DNA from: a virus
Length of the DNA: 64,000 bases
Virus record (IMG/VR): IMGVR_UViG_3300022187_000017
Span: 1-64,000 of that record
Reading direction: 5' to 3' (one strand)
The position numbers and the translations under genes are program-made. Below are positions 21,069-31,278 of the stretch, in pieces (position 1 is the stretch's first letter; each line of letters starts with the position of its first letter). The notes beneath the pieces are model-generated. The model ran no database searches and had not been told where the DNA came from. It worked only from the letters and a program-made list of their open reading frames with translations.

Positions 21069-21698
21069 TTAATATTTATGAATTAAGCAGGCTACTCCAA
21101 CAACCTCTACTGTTATATTTGCATCTGCATGAATTCTAATTTCACCCGGATTATCTAATGTCAATTCATTACCCATATATATAGCAGCTGTAGCTGACAA
21201 TTCATAAGTACCTGTACTTTTATAGCTCTCCCTAATTAAATGAACCTCATATTCTGAGACTCCAATTCCAAGAAATGCAGCTAAATGAACATCAGTGAAA
21301 TTACTTAGTGTTGTTACTATAACACTGACTCTAATTGTAATATGATCACCTAGGCTAAGTTGAGAGAAATCAAACTGATCATTATCAACATCCCATACAT
21401 CAGTAACCCCTATTGGAGGATAGAGCTTATTTGTATATGCTCCTTCTCCATCAATTGTTATCTTATGATCTGATCCATTCCCTGTTACTGCTATTGGAGT
21501 TGTTTGAGTTGCTAGATCATTATAATCTAGAGTCCCAATTTCTCTACCTCCAACACCTTCTTGAACAGCAACCTGCTCCCAGAGATATTTACCTTCTTCA
21601 ATTAACTGATTTGCCATGTCACCAGTTCCATGAATGTGAGATGATGTATCTTCCACCCATTTCTTGATTCTTTGAGATAATTCAGTTGTAATTGGCAT
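21069..21698 (-). CDS. Putative capsid decoration/structural protein (beta-sandwich C-terminus)
   Basis: Head module location; beta-rich C-terminal domain. Confidence 0.45.
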   Translation of the reverse strand: MPITTELSQRIKKWVEDTSSHIHGTGDMANQLIEEGKYLWEQVAVQEGVGGREIGTLDYNDLATQTTPIAVTGNGSDHKITIDGEGAYTNKLYPPIGVTDVWDVDNDQFDFSQLSLGDHITIRVSVIVTTLSNFTDVHLAAFLGIGVSEYEVHLIRESYKSTGTYELSATAAIYMGNELTLDNPGEIRIHADANITVEVVGVACLIHKY

Positions 21699-21716
21699 TA
21701 TTATAAGGTATTAATA

Positions 21717-21742
21717 CTAGGGACACCCGAAGATATCCCTAG
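21717..21742 (-). other. Stable intergenic hairpin with cUUCGg tetraloop
   Basis: Minus strand CTAGGGATATC-TTCG-GGTGTCCCTAG; no clear U-tract, so terminator versus RNA-stability role is unresolved. Confidence 0.6.
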
Positions 21743-21767
21743 AATTCTTTTTAACTAAAGGTAGCTA

Positions 21768-22313
21768 TTATGCTCCCTGAGCCCAGATTCCTGTAGAGGA
21801 AAGGATAATCCATGCACTAGTCCCAGTTACACCAGTTCCTATAAGAACTGCTGAATCCCCAAGTAAGGCTGTTGCTTTAGTAAGGATGAAATCTTTATCA
21901 ACTGTACCATCCATTTGAACAACTGTAGCTGCTAATGTGACAGTACCTGCTATACCATCAGCTGCATCTGGACTGATTGTTATGATGTTGTTACCATCTG
22001 CTCCTACATTACCAACTCTCACCAATAGACCTGCTACTGTTGGAGGTAAGGTGATTGTTTTAGCATCAGTTCCCATAGTGATCAACTTGTTATGATCAGC
22101 TACTGTTACTGTATAATCATCAACTAAGGCTATAATGCCTTGAGGAGAATCCACCTGTCCTGCTGCTGCTATTGCAGCTGATGTGTCACCTACTGGCAAC
22201 ATAGCCTCTAATACTGTTGCTATTTCTTCGCTAATTGCATCTGTTCCTCCTGAATTGGAGACAATTTTATAAAATGCATCTAGTAATTTCTGTGTGTTTG
22301 CTGCTATAGCCAT
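21768..22313 (-). CDS. Putative head fibre/decoration protein
   Basis: DYTVTVADHNKLI...TITLPPTVAGL motif common in phage fibre domains; shared N-terminal motif (see findings). Confidence 0.55.
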   Translation of the reverse strand: MAIAANTQKLLDAFYKIVSNSGGTDAISEEIATVLEAMLPVGDTSAAIAAAGQVDSPQGIIALVDDYTVTVADHNKLITMGTDAKTITLPPTVAGLLVRVGNVGADGNNIITISPDAADGIAGTVTLAATVVQMDGTVDKDFILTKATALLGDSAVLIGTGVTGTSAWIILSSTGIWAQGA

Positions 22314-22338
22314 ATCTAATTTTTATTTAATTTTGTTT

Positions 22339-22638
22339 TTAATATCCTGCAAAAGTTCCTGTTGAATCTCCATCAGAGAAGATAACTGTAAAACTACCAT
22401 CAGCCTCTGTGACATCTAATATGTTTGCTACAGATCCTGCTTCATCTATATTTAATGGAACTCCCATTTTATTTAATTGATCAATCCCAGTCCCTTTAAT
22501 ATCATAGATACAAGAGATTGCTCCACTGCCTAAATTGGCAGCTAGATCAGCTACTGAGTCTCTTATGTCAGCTACGATTTGGACATCTATCAATGTATAT
22601 CCTCCACCTGCTGCACGTTGTAATGTTATTGTTTTCAT
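22339..22638 (-). CDS. Hypothetical structural protein (start revised to MKTITL)
   Basis: Track start at 22683 runs through a hairpin/U-tract; ATG at 22638 has an A/T-rich leader. Confidence 0.55.
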   Translation of the reverse strand: MKTITLQRAAGGGYTLIDVQIVADIRDSVADLAANLGSGAISCIYDIKGTGIDQLNKMGVPLNIDEAGSVANILDVTEADGSFTVIFSDGDSTGTFAGY

Positions 22639-22658
22639 AGTTAAAATTTTAAAACACC

Positions 22659-22681
22659 AAAAGAGGCTCAATGGCCTCCCC
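22659..22681 (-). terminator. Terminator-like hairpin
   Basis: GAGGC-CATTGA-GCCTC-TTTTGGTGTTTT on minus strand. Confidence 0.5.
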
Positions 22682-22738
22682 ATTCACTCTCTTCAATCTC
22701 ACAATTAAAGTAATATAATAAAAAACTATCTAACTATG

Positions 22739-23026
22739 TTACTTTTTCAATAATTCTTTACCAACTTTTTCTAATATAGCCTCAGTATTGAATTTTTTAT
22801 TCTGAGATTCTACTGTGATTTCTAGTTTTTTTACTAAACTTCCTGCATCTACTATAATAGACTTTAAGTTAGATATCTCATCATCTCTCTCCTCTAACCT
22901 TCTAATGATTCTCTCTATACCATTAGCTAGATGTTGTTTTTGAAGTGAGAGATCTAAGATCTCACCTTCCAATTGCTTAATTCTTCTCTTCTTGGCTCCA
23001 AAGAACCCAATGACTCTATTTATCAT
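22739..23026 (-). CDS. Hypothetical coiled-coil protein
   Basis: Heptad pattern; ATGA overlap with upstream gene. Confidence 0.55.
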   Translation of the reverse strand: MINRVIGFFGAKKRRIKQLEGEILDLSLQKQHLANGIERIIRRLEERDDEISNLKSIIVDAGSLVKKLEITVESQNKKFNTEAILEKVGKELLKK

Positions 23027-23985
23027 ACGCTTATTTTTTTATCTCCTATTGTTATTTCTACCTTACTCTTTCTGGCCACTTTTGGCTTATATTTATCTGT
23101 TAGTTTGAAGTCATTACCATTCCACTCCCACTCTCCTGCAGTTAATGCTGTCCTAGTCATTCCAAATGGAGGCCTCTGTAATGTACATCTGCACCATGGA
23201 TGAACTGGCCCTATTACTGGCAGCCAATTACCTACCTTCTTACCTACATTGGTGCCATTAGCTTTCAATTCTGCTAATGTGAATAGTTTAGGTTCTGATC
23301 CTACACCTCCTGTAAGAAGTAATCTTGTACAGTGATGGCACGCTCCAGCATACACATCTTTATAAACCAGTGCCTGATCTCCACCTTCCCTCATCATATT
23401 CATGGATCTACCTTCATCAAATGCTGTATGAAGTACAAAGTCAGCTATTCTTCCTAGATCTCTATGCCACTTCCCAGTTCTATGACCTATATCAGATACT
23501 ACTGCATTGACATATTTCCTATCTTCTATGGCCTTCTTAGCTGCATCGATCACTAGAGTTGAGTGAGTAACTGTATGTTTTATCTTATCTGCATTCACCA
23601 GAGCATTCCTGACATCACCTTTGATGTTCATAGCTGTCCTCCTTAACTCTCCTGCCATTTGAATATTTAACGATTGTAGAGCTGATTTCTGGAGCTTATT
23701 TAAAGGAAAGACCTTACCAGTCTCTATATGGTTCTTTAGTGCAGCAAATGTCATCCCTTTAGCCACAGAATCCCCTAATGCATCTGATAGGATGCCAAAT
23801 CTGAATGCCTGATTAACATTGTATGAAGTTCTCTTGATCTGAGCTAAATTTACACCAGCATTTGACAATGTAGCCTTCTCACCTTCTGTTAGAAAATCAG
23901 ATCCTACATGATGTGCCATAAAAGTCAGAGAGTACTTATCAATGACTCCTAACAACTCCTCTATCTGTTGTGGTGTTAATTTCAT
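23023..23985 (-). CDS. Phage Mu gpF-like head morphogenesis protein
   Basis: ACHHC and GPVHPWCRC motifs; RDLGRIA pattern. Confidence 0.75.
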   Translation of the reverse strand: MKLTPQQIEELLGVIDKYSLTFMAHHVGSDFLTEGEKATLSNAGVNLAQIKRTSYNVNQAFRFGILSDALGDSVAKGMTFAALKNHIETGKVFPLNKLQKSALQSLNIQMAGELRRTAMNIKGDVRNALVNADKIKHTVTHSTLVIDAAKKAIEDRKYVNAVVSDIGHRTGKWHRDLGRIADFVLHTAFDEGRSMNMMREGGDQALVYKDVYAGACHHCTRLLLTGGVGSEPKLFTLAELKANGTNVGKKVGNWLPVIGPVHPWCRCTLQRPPFGMTRTALTAGEWEWNGNDFKLTDKYKPKVARKSKVEITIGDKKISV

Positions 23986-24098
23986 TACAGAAATCTACGC
24001 TTACTATTCCAAGTAGTCCCTTTAGCCTTATTCATATGCTGCAGAGATGATCTCTTATTATTCTGATCCTTTTTTACTGCTCCTGTTATTGTATTCAT
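23985..24098 (-). CDS. Small basic protein (37 aa, MNTITGAVKK...SKRRFL)
   Basis: Not in track; fills the gap and its TAA overlaps the next ATG (TAATG coupling). Confidence 0.55.
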   Translation of the reverse strand: MNTITGAVKKDQNNKRSSLQHMNKAKGTTWNSKRRFL

Positions 24099-24110
24099 AG
24101 CTTAATTTTA

Positions 24111-27100
24111 TTAGCCTAGCAATATAGTGAAAGATTGTTGTATATCCAAATTGTCACCCCACTTTAATGATTTTATGATATGCTTGTTCTCTGATAGGAA
24201 CTTCTCAACCAGTGGTTTAATTTCATCATTGAATGTTTTAGCACTTGCATAATTTGGAGCACTCACATATGGGACTCCATCTTTATCCCCACCTCTGATG
24301 GCTCCACCACCTCTGGTATTGTGTGCATGATATTGTTCTAATGCTCTTGCAAAACACTCCTTGGTAGAGTTGGTATACTTACTATTTGACTTAGCATTCA
24401 TACCTCTTCTGAATGCTATAGCTAATTGCCCTGCTGTAGATTCAAAATTATCACTGGCATAATTAGATCCCTCTCCTGTTGCATCATCTAAAAAGTGTGC
24501 TACTTCATGCCCAAATGTAAAATTGAGCTGATCATCACCAAGTTTATTTGTTACCCCTATAGCCTTGAAGGAAGGATAATAAACTCCTATAGCAGTTTTA
24601 GCATACATATATGTAGTTCCTGCATGTGATATTGTAAGGTCATTTTTGTTGGCCAATTCCTTTAGTGTACCAAATGATCCCTGTACATCTCCCCATGCAG
24701 ACTTCAACTGTTCAACTTGAGCTGGCTGGATCTTAGATCCATTCTGCCTCTTAATCATTATACCACTATCTTTCTTCAACATATCATCTCTTCCTGACTT
24801 ACCATAAGATGTTTCTAGAGCCTTAGTTCTGATCTCTGAAACTTCTTCTCTCCTGATAGAAATATCATTGATCTTCCAGTCTAACATCTCTCTATAGTTA
24901 CTCCATGAGCTCCATGCATCTGCATGTGCATATGAAGTACCATAACTATGCTGTCCTCTCCTGAGAATCTCACCCTTTTTAGTTTTTCTCTTAGCATTTG
25001 GATCCACAAATCTCTCATACATTGAGTGAAATGAGCTTGCCATGTGCCTATCATCAAATTTAGCCTTTAATCTTTTCAGACCATGCTTTTTAATTGGCTT
25101 ATATAATTTTTCACGTTCTTTCCATGGCATTGCATCCCACTGTTCTTTTGTGATTTGCTTCTTTACTTTTGCTGGAATTGAATGATATAGATTCTTTTGA
25201 TCCATATACCTCTGCCTAGTTGACTCTGGAAGTCCTTCCCAGTGATCTAGTGATCTTTTATTCTTCCTATCTCTGTCAGCTATCATTTGCCCTTTCTCCA
25301 TAGTCTCATACCAGTTCTGAGTTAGAACTAGCTGATCTAATGTCAATGCTACATACCCTATTTCCTTTGGATCATACTCCCCTTTCTTCTGGCCATACCC
25401 TGCCTTATCTGGCATAGATTCTTCACTATATCCATTGGCAGCAATCATATATTTATTTGGGCCTACTCTAATTGAATCAAATATAAACCCTTTTCTTCTG
25501 AATGCATCTGTATCTATATCTGGAATGAAATTTGGCCTTTCCATATCTAGAATAGTTTTCTCATCATATAGAATGTTATCTGCAGTGTCAATTCCTGAGA
25601 AATCTGGCACATGATCATGCTTAGTGCCAATTGCATCAGTAACTTCTATAATTGTACCTCCATTGGCTGTAGCTAATGCAGCATTCTTTTGATGAATGAT
25701 CTGAAGATCTAGTTTCCTAGTTTTCATCCTATTCTCCATTCTATTACTACTATACTCTGACCTTTTAGAGAAATCTTTAGATTCTCTCTCTAAATTACTT
25801 AACCTATCGATCTTACTCTGATACTCATCTCTCTCCTTGATCATTGCAGCTAATTTTGACTGCTCCTTCTTAACCATCTTACCCTTAACTGTTTTGAATG
25901 CCTGCTTGAAATCATTAATTTCCTCCTCAGATAGATTTGCAATAGTCTCCTCTGCTGCTTTTTTGGCTGCAGCCATAGTTTCTGCCTGCTTTTTATCTTC
26001 TGCCTTCCTATTAGCATTTGCCTCTTCCCTTGCTTTTTTCTGTGCCTGTAGTTCCTTTAGCTGCTTATCAATACTTTCTTTAGTGGCTCCAGCCATCCCT
26101 AATTTCTTAGCTGCCTCTTCACGTTCACGTTTTTTCTTTGCCTCTGGAGTTTCCTCTGGTTTATTCTTTTTTAATGCCTCTGAGATCTTTCTTTTAGTCT
26201 CCTCTGACATTGCCTGTCTTTTCTTGTTATATGAATCCTTCAGATCTGGATATGTAGATAGAACACTATCCTTCATCTTCTCCCCATTATTCACAGCTTT
26301 ACTCACAGCCTGATAGTGAGCATATACTAGCTTTCTGATGAGCTGCTTCTTAGTTAATCCCTCAGTTGATACAGTAGGCTTCCCAGATGAAGATCCTCCA
26401 CTAGAAGTACTCCCTGTACTTTTTGGCTCTTTGTTGATTGATGCAATGGCTGTATCTATCTCTGCCTGATCTATACCATGCATAGACATATATTCACTTA
26501 GAGAATAATTGTGAAGATTCTCAATTGGTTTTATTCCAAATAATTGCTTTCTAGATGGGACTCTATTGCTCTCATTTGTGTTATTTAGAATTTCAGATAT
26601 CTTTTTATTGTTTGTTTCAGCTGGCACATCCATTACCTTCTCATCTACTCCATTCAGATCACCCTCTGCAGTCTTTACATTATACCTAGCTCCATTTTTA
26701 TCTGGAATAACCTCTGATATCTTACCCTTCTCTCCTCCAACATCTACACTTGTACCTACTGGAAGTGCATTCTTTTGACTTATAATCTCATCTGCCTTAT
26801 CTGGATCCTTCTGTAATGATGCAATTCCACCTAATACTTGACTTAAAAACTTAACAGGGAATACCCATCCTTTGAGCTTTCCGTTGAAGGATCCTACACC
26901 AACCTCTTTCTTAATAGTTTGGAATGTGGCTTTATTTGCATATGTGTCCCCAGTTATCAGAACTGCCTTATCTGAATATCTCTCCACATTCATTCCAGCA
27001 ACATCCTCAGCAATTAGATCACCAACTGGCACATTCTTAGATAGTCCCTGCTTAGAAGTCTCATCACCCTCTCTTACCCATACAGTAGTTTGATGTACTT

Positions 27101-27617
27101 TACCATTTCTAGTAACCCACACTCTCTTTTGGACTAATCCGGGTTTGAATCCCTTCTCAATACCTAGTGCCTCAAATGCTGTACCTTTATCCATTGACTT
27201 GCTTATATTTTTATCTCCTGCATTTCTATAAAGTCTATCTATAGCCTCCTGCTTATTATACCCCAAAAAGGAATTATGCCCATATGTATGTGTACTTTTC
27301 ACAGCCTCTCCCCAGAACCCTTTACTATCCTTCTTCACCTCTATCCACTCAGACTCTCCATCTGTTTCTAACCTTTGGATATATTTATCTTTACCCTTGA
27401 TGCTTATCCCATATACAGGCATTTCCATATCTGGCCTGTCCACTATGGTAGCTTTACCTTCAGTAAGAAGTTTCTTTTTAGATGCACTTTTCTTCTCTGG
27501 AACCCAGCCTTTAGCTGTTTTAACTACAGGAGAGCCTCCATGAGTTCTTTTGGTTCCTATTGGAAGTGCCTTCCCTCCCTTTAATATATTAAATGCATCA
27601 TTCTCATCCATTACCAA
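24111..27617 (-). CDS. Large polyvalent (DarA-like) internal head protein with C-terminal LPD1/zincin HExxH domain
   Basis: FGHEVAHFLD...YTNSTKECFARALEQY (LPD1-like), NUMOD3-like MSEETKRKISEALK, KOW-like LPVGTSVDV, repeated N-terminal module. Confidence 0.7.
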   Translation of the reverse strand: MVMDENDAFNILKGGKALPIGTKRTHGGSPVVKTAKGWVPEKKSASKKKLLTEGKATIVDRPDMEMPVYGISIKGKDKYIQRLETDGESEWIEVKKDSKGFWGEAVKSTHTYGHNSFLGYNKQEAIDRLYRNAGDKNISKSMDKGTAFEALGIEKGFKPGLVQKRVWVTRNGKVHQTTVWVREGDETSKQGLSKNVPVGDLIAEDVAGMNVERYSDKAVLITGDTYANKATFQTIKKEVGVGSFNGKLKGWVFPVKFLSQVLGGIASLQKDPDKADEIISQKNALPVGTSVDVGGEKGKISEVIPDKNGARYNVKTAEGDLNGVDEKVMDVPAETNNKKISEILNNTNESNRVPSRKQLFGIKPIENLHNYSLSEYMSMHGIDQAEIDTAIASINKEPKSTGSTSSGGSSSGKPTVSTEGLTKKQLIRKLVYAHYQAVSKAVNNGEKMKDSVLSTYPDLKDSYNKKRQAMSEETKRKISEALKKNKPEETPEAKKKREREEAAKKLGMAGATKESIDKQLKELQAQKKAREEANANRKAEDKKQAETMAAAKKAAEETIANLSEEEINDFKQAFKTVKGKMVKKEQSKLAAMIKERDEYQSKIDRLSNLERESKDFSKRSEYSSNRMENRMKTRKLDLQIIHQKNAALATANGGTIIEVTDAIGTKHDHVPDFSGIDTADNILYDEKTILDMERPNFIPDIDTDAFRRKGFIFDSIRVGPNKYMIAANGYSEESMPDKAGYGQKKGEYDPKEIGYVALTLDQLVLTQNWYETMEKGQMIADRDRKNKRSLDHWEGLPESTRQRYMDQKNLYHSIPAKVKKQITKEQWDAMPWKEREKLYKPIKKHGLKRLKAKFDDRHMASSFHSMYERFVDPNAKRKTKKGEILRRGQHSYGTSYAHADAWSSWSNYREMLDWKINDISIRREEVSEIRTKALETSYGKSGRDDMLKKDSGIMIKRQNGSKIQPAQVEQLKSAWGDVQGSFGTLKELANKNDLTISHAGTTYMYAKTAIGVYYPSFKAIGVTNKLGDDQLNFTFGHEVAHFLDDATGEGSNYASDNFESTAGQLAIAFRRGMNAKSNSKYTNSTKECFARALEQYHAHNTRGGGAIRGGDKDGVPYVSAPNYASAKTFNDEIKPLVEKFLSENKHIIKSLKWGDNLDIQQSFTILLG

Positions 27618-29053
27618 GTTTTATATGCTGTTAATTCATACCTCCCTGAATCCATTCTGTAGATTGCTACATGAATATTTCTATTCATTGCCTTACCACT
27701 CTTACTTTTGACTGGCTTACCATCTTTCAATAATGGAAGAGTAGCACTCTTAGTAGTTCCATAAGAAACACCACCACTACCATACTGTAAATTTAATGCA
27801 TCTTCATCTACTGTAAACCCATGCTTCTTAGCCTCAGTTCTAACCTGATCTAATGCTCCTGATAGAGTCTCAAAGTAGGTATCACTGCTCTTAAATGATG
27901 ATTTTTTAGCTGGTTTAGCTACTGCTTTTGCTGGATATGACTTCGCTGCTGGATCCTTAGCTTTTGGAGCTGTCTCCTTAGACAATATAGCTGAGAATGT
28001 AACTTTATTATTCCCCTTATATGCTGAAGTCTCTAAATTTATAGATCCACCACCAACATAAATTGTTTTCATTGATGTTTTATTACCACCACTTCTATCA
28101 ACTCCATGTTCTTTATAGAAATTTTTGACTTTATCTATCATACCACTAGGCAGATCTCCACTAAAAGTATACCTTGTATGATCATCGTTATACTCTTTTT
28201 TAGAATTTTTCAATAACCATGATACTTGATTATTTCCCTTAACTTCTTTCTCAGTTAAAGATACCTTCTTTCCATCATGGTATCTTTCTAACTCTTTGGG
28301 AGGCTTCCCTACCTTAAACATATGATTAATATCCTCCTGAGTAGAGTGAACATAACCCTTCCCACCTAATGGATTTGCATTAACAAAATGAGTTTTACCT
28401 CCTTTTGATTTTTCTTTAGCTACATTAGTAACTGCCTCTTTAGAATGGAGATCTTTATCAGATAAATTCTTCCCAAGAGTTGCTGCTTTAGGAGCTTCTT
28501 TCTTCTCTCTATTAGCAATATATTCATTATATGCTTTAAGTCTTATCTCATTTTGAGCTATATCATATTTATTACCTGTCTCTTTGTTATATGCGAGATT
28601 CCTCTTTACAATCTCTCTTATAGCCTTAGCATCCTTGATGCTATCATCTTTATGTCTATATTCAATACCTTGAAGTGTTATTCTATGGTTCTTTTCATCC
28701 TGAGACTCCTCTTTCTTACTAGCTCCAGCTACTTTTGCAGACTTAGCATTACTTCTAACCATAGATTCTCCAAACTTTTCAGCTGCAGATCTAGTTCTTT
28801 TCTCCTCCTGCACATTCCCATCTTTATCTATAACCTGATAGATTGTCTTACTACCAACTTTTCTTTCATTGATTGTGAATCCATCTCCACCTTTCTTACC
28901 CTTCTTTTCTGGAACCCACCCCTTAGCAGTTTTTTCAACATGGACTCCACCATGTACTCTTTTGGTACCTATAGGTAAGGCCTTGCCTCCCTTAATTATC
29001 ATATCTGCCTCAGCTAGATTATGTAACTCTGCTATGTTTAATTCTTTACTCAT
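27611..29053 (-). CDS. Putative internal head (ejected) protein, Lys-rich, multidomain
   Basis: N-terminal IIKGGKALPIGTKR module shared with neighbours; C-terminal YRMDSGRYELTAY domain. Confidence 0.55.
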   Translation of the reverse strand: MSKELNIAELHNLAEADMIIKGGKALPIGTKRVHGGVHVEKTAKGWVPEKKGKKGGDGFTINERKVGSKTIYQVIDKDGNVQEEKRTRSAAEKFGESMVRSNAKSAKVAGASKKEESQDEKNHRITLQGIEYRHKDDSIKDAKAIREIVKRNLAYNKETGNKYDIAQNEIRLKAYNEYIANREKKEAPKAATLGKNLSDKDLHSKEAVTNVAKEKSKGGKTHFVNANPLGGKGYVHSTQEDINHMFKVGKPPKELERYHDGKKVSLTEKEVKGNNQVSWLLKNSKKEYNDDHTRYTFSGDLPSGMIDKVKNFYKEHGVDRSGGNKTSMKTIYVGGGSINLETSAYKGNNKVTFSAILSKETAPKAKDPAAKSYPAKAVAKPAKKSSFKSSDTYFETLSGALDQVRTEAKKHGFTVDEDALNLQYGSGGVSYGTTKSATLPLLKDGKPVKSKSGKAMNRNIHVAIYRMDSGRYELTAYKTW

Positions 29054-31278
29054 GGCTTTTTTATTAAATCATCAAATTTACCAAATCTACCTATATAAGA
29101 AACAACTGACTTTTGTGTTTCATGAGATGCTCTAGCAGCAAAGGTAGTTACATTTTTTCTGGTGAATGTCTGCATATTATTTTTAGCCTTAAATTCCTCA
29201 GTTCCATTTGGAGTAGCTAAATCTATGACTCTATACCCTGTATAAGTATCCCCATTTTTTGAAACAATCTTAACAGCACCTGAAAATCCATTAGTCATAT
29301 CAACTAAGGCTACAACTCCTCCTACTTTTAAGGAATTCAGATTGTTGATTATACTATCTTGCCTATCTCTCTTATTAGCTAATGATATACCTTTTAAATT
29401 AGATCCAATATTGACTCCAACTGTAGGACTCTTATCTTTTACCCCAATATTTTTACCACTCTTATCTTTTATAAATCTACCCTCCATAGCATCTATTTTA
29501 GACTGAGCATTTTTATGTTCTGTAGATCCATGCTTCATCCTATTTCTAGATTCCTTCATCTTATTTATATCCTTAGTATGAGCTAATACACCTGCTGCCT
29601 CTGGAGTTTTTTCACCTTGACGTTTACCTGAGTATTTCTTCTCTGGCACCCATCCCTTAGCTGTCTTTTCAACTGGTACTCCACCATGGACTCTCTTGGT
29701 TCCAATTGGAAGAGCTTTACCACCTTTGATGATCATATTGATCTCAGCTTGGTTATGTAGTTCTGCTACTTCAAGAGCCTTCTTTAGATCATTATTACCA
29801 TCTAACATTGCATGTATGGCCTTAGTGCTATTTGGGAGTTTCTTACCAGTGATACTTTCATAAATATCCTTAGTGAATTTCTGATCATATCTTAATCTAG
29901 ACTTCAGGTAAGGTAGATCATTCTTCTTGATAGCCTCTGCCATCTTATCAAAACTTTGCTTAGATAGTGCCTTCTGGCCACCTCTAACAATTTCTTCTAC
30001 CTTTTCTTTTGTGTATTGCTTGGCACCTTCATCACCTTTACCCATAGCTCTCTCCCAGTTACCAATTTGAGTCTTAACTAGATCATTAGTCCCAAAGTAA
30101 TCTTTCTTATCATACTTATCAAAGATAGCATTAAATTTAGCCTCTGGAGAATCTTTTGGAGTATCTTTCTGGTGCTGCTCTACAGCATCTCTAATACCCA
30201 TGGAGATATCCTCTTCCATAATCTTCACTACAGCATCTTTGTTATCCATGAAATATTTAACCTGCTCTTCAGAAGGTTTCATGTCATTCATTGCATCAAG
30301 AGATCTTTGTTTCTTTGATATCATGCCATCAGTAACACTCTTATGGCCACTCTCTGCTAATGCTGCTTTGGCCTCCTCTGTGGTATGCTTATGCCCTACT
30401 GGATTCTTACCAAACATCTCCTCATATGTTTTCTGGCTCTTACCATACTTAGCTGCTGATTTCTTTTTTTCAGCTGCTTTCCTATGATTAAACAGCTCCT
30501 TTGATGTATCATTTACCTCCTTTACAGTTTTTGGATCTGCCTTCCCTGTAGATGCTACATCTTTCTTATGTTTAGCCATTGCATTATCATGAGCTTCCTT
30601 TTTAGCATCTCCTTCAAGATCATTCAATACCTTTTTTAAACTAGATAAGTGCTGTTCATCTCTAGCATTGGTGACATTGCCCTGCTTCTTAATTCTATCT
30701 TCAAATATTTTTATTGCCTCCTTTATTTTATCCACATCCATCTTACCATCATCCTTCTTAGCTGGTTCCTTCTTAGCTGATTCCTTCTTCTCTAGTTCCT
30801 CCTTCTCTGGATCAGGCTTACCACCTAAATCATCAAATGATGCACCTTCTTTTGATGCATCCTCATGAGAGGCCTTAACCATTTTATTCACCACATCTTG
30901 AGGTACCATATGCTGTGCTGCTGGCTCTAATGATTGGAATATCTCATATGCTTTTTTGGGATCTGCCTCCATGATCTCCTTCATGTGAGTAAGTTGAGCT
31001 AAATCATGCTTACTTGCTGGCTCTACCTGCCCACCTTTACCTCCTGCTGGAGCTGCTGCTGTTGGAGTTGGAGCACCTTCTTTACCTGCACCCTTCTTAC
31101 CAGATGAAACTTCCTTCCATTCACCTGCAGTTTTCTTATACTTCTTACCATTTTTGTAAGTATGTATTGTTCCCTCTGGAGCTCCACCCGGGAAGTGAGT
31201 CCCACCAGTGGCACCTTTAAGGATCTCTGCTCCTATACCTAATCTATTATTCTGAATAGCATCTATTACTTGTTTCAT
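29050..31278 (-). CDS. Putative internal head (ejected) protein, Lys-rich, multidomain
   Basis: Internal copy of the IIKGGKALPIGTKR module plus a diverged N-terminal copy. Confidence 0.55.
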   Translation of the reverse strand: MKQVIDAIQNNRLGIGAEILKGATGGTHFPGGAPEGTIHTYKNGKKYKKTAGEWKEVSSGKKGAGKEGAPTPTAAAPAGGKGGQVEPASKHDLAQLTHMKEIMEADPKKAYEIFQSLEPAAQHMVPQDVVNKMVKASHEDASKEGASFDDLGGKPDPEKEELEKKESAKKEPAKKDDGKMDVDKIKEAIKIFEDRIKKQGNVTNARDEQHLSSLKKVLNDLEGDAKKEAHDNAMAKHKKDVASTGKADPKTVKEVNDTSKELFNHRKAAEKKKSAAKYGKSQKTYEEMFGKNPVGHKHTTEEAKAALAESGHKSVTDGMISKKQRSLDAMNDMKPSEEQVKYFMDNKDAVVKIMEEDISMGIRDAVEQHQKDTPKDSPEAKFNAIFDKYDKKDYFGTNDLVKTQIGNWERAMGKGDEGAKQYTKEKVEEIVRGGQKALSKQSFDKMAEAIKKNDLPYLKSRLRYDQKFTKDIYESITGKKLPNSTKAIHAMLDGNNDLKKALEVAELHNQAEINMIIKGGKALPIGTKRVHGGVPVEKTAKGWVPEKKYSGKRQGEKTPEAAGVLAHTKDINKMKESRNRMKHGSTEHKNAQSKIDAMEGRFIKDKSGKNIGVKDKSPTVGVNIGSNLKGISLANKRDRQDSIINNLNSLKVGGVVALVDMTNGFSGAVKIVSKNGDTYTGYRVIDLATPNGTEEFKAKNNMQTFTRKNVTTFAARASHETQKSVVSYIGRFGKFDDLIKKP

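Noticed and set aside
27488-29767. Diversity-generating retroelement template/variable repeats
   Set aside because: Differences between copies are mostly synonymous rather than adenine-specific, and no reverse transcriptase is visible
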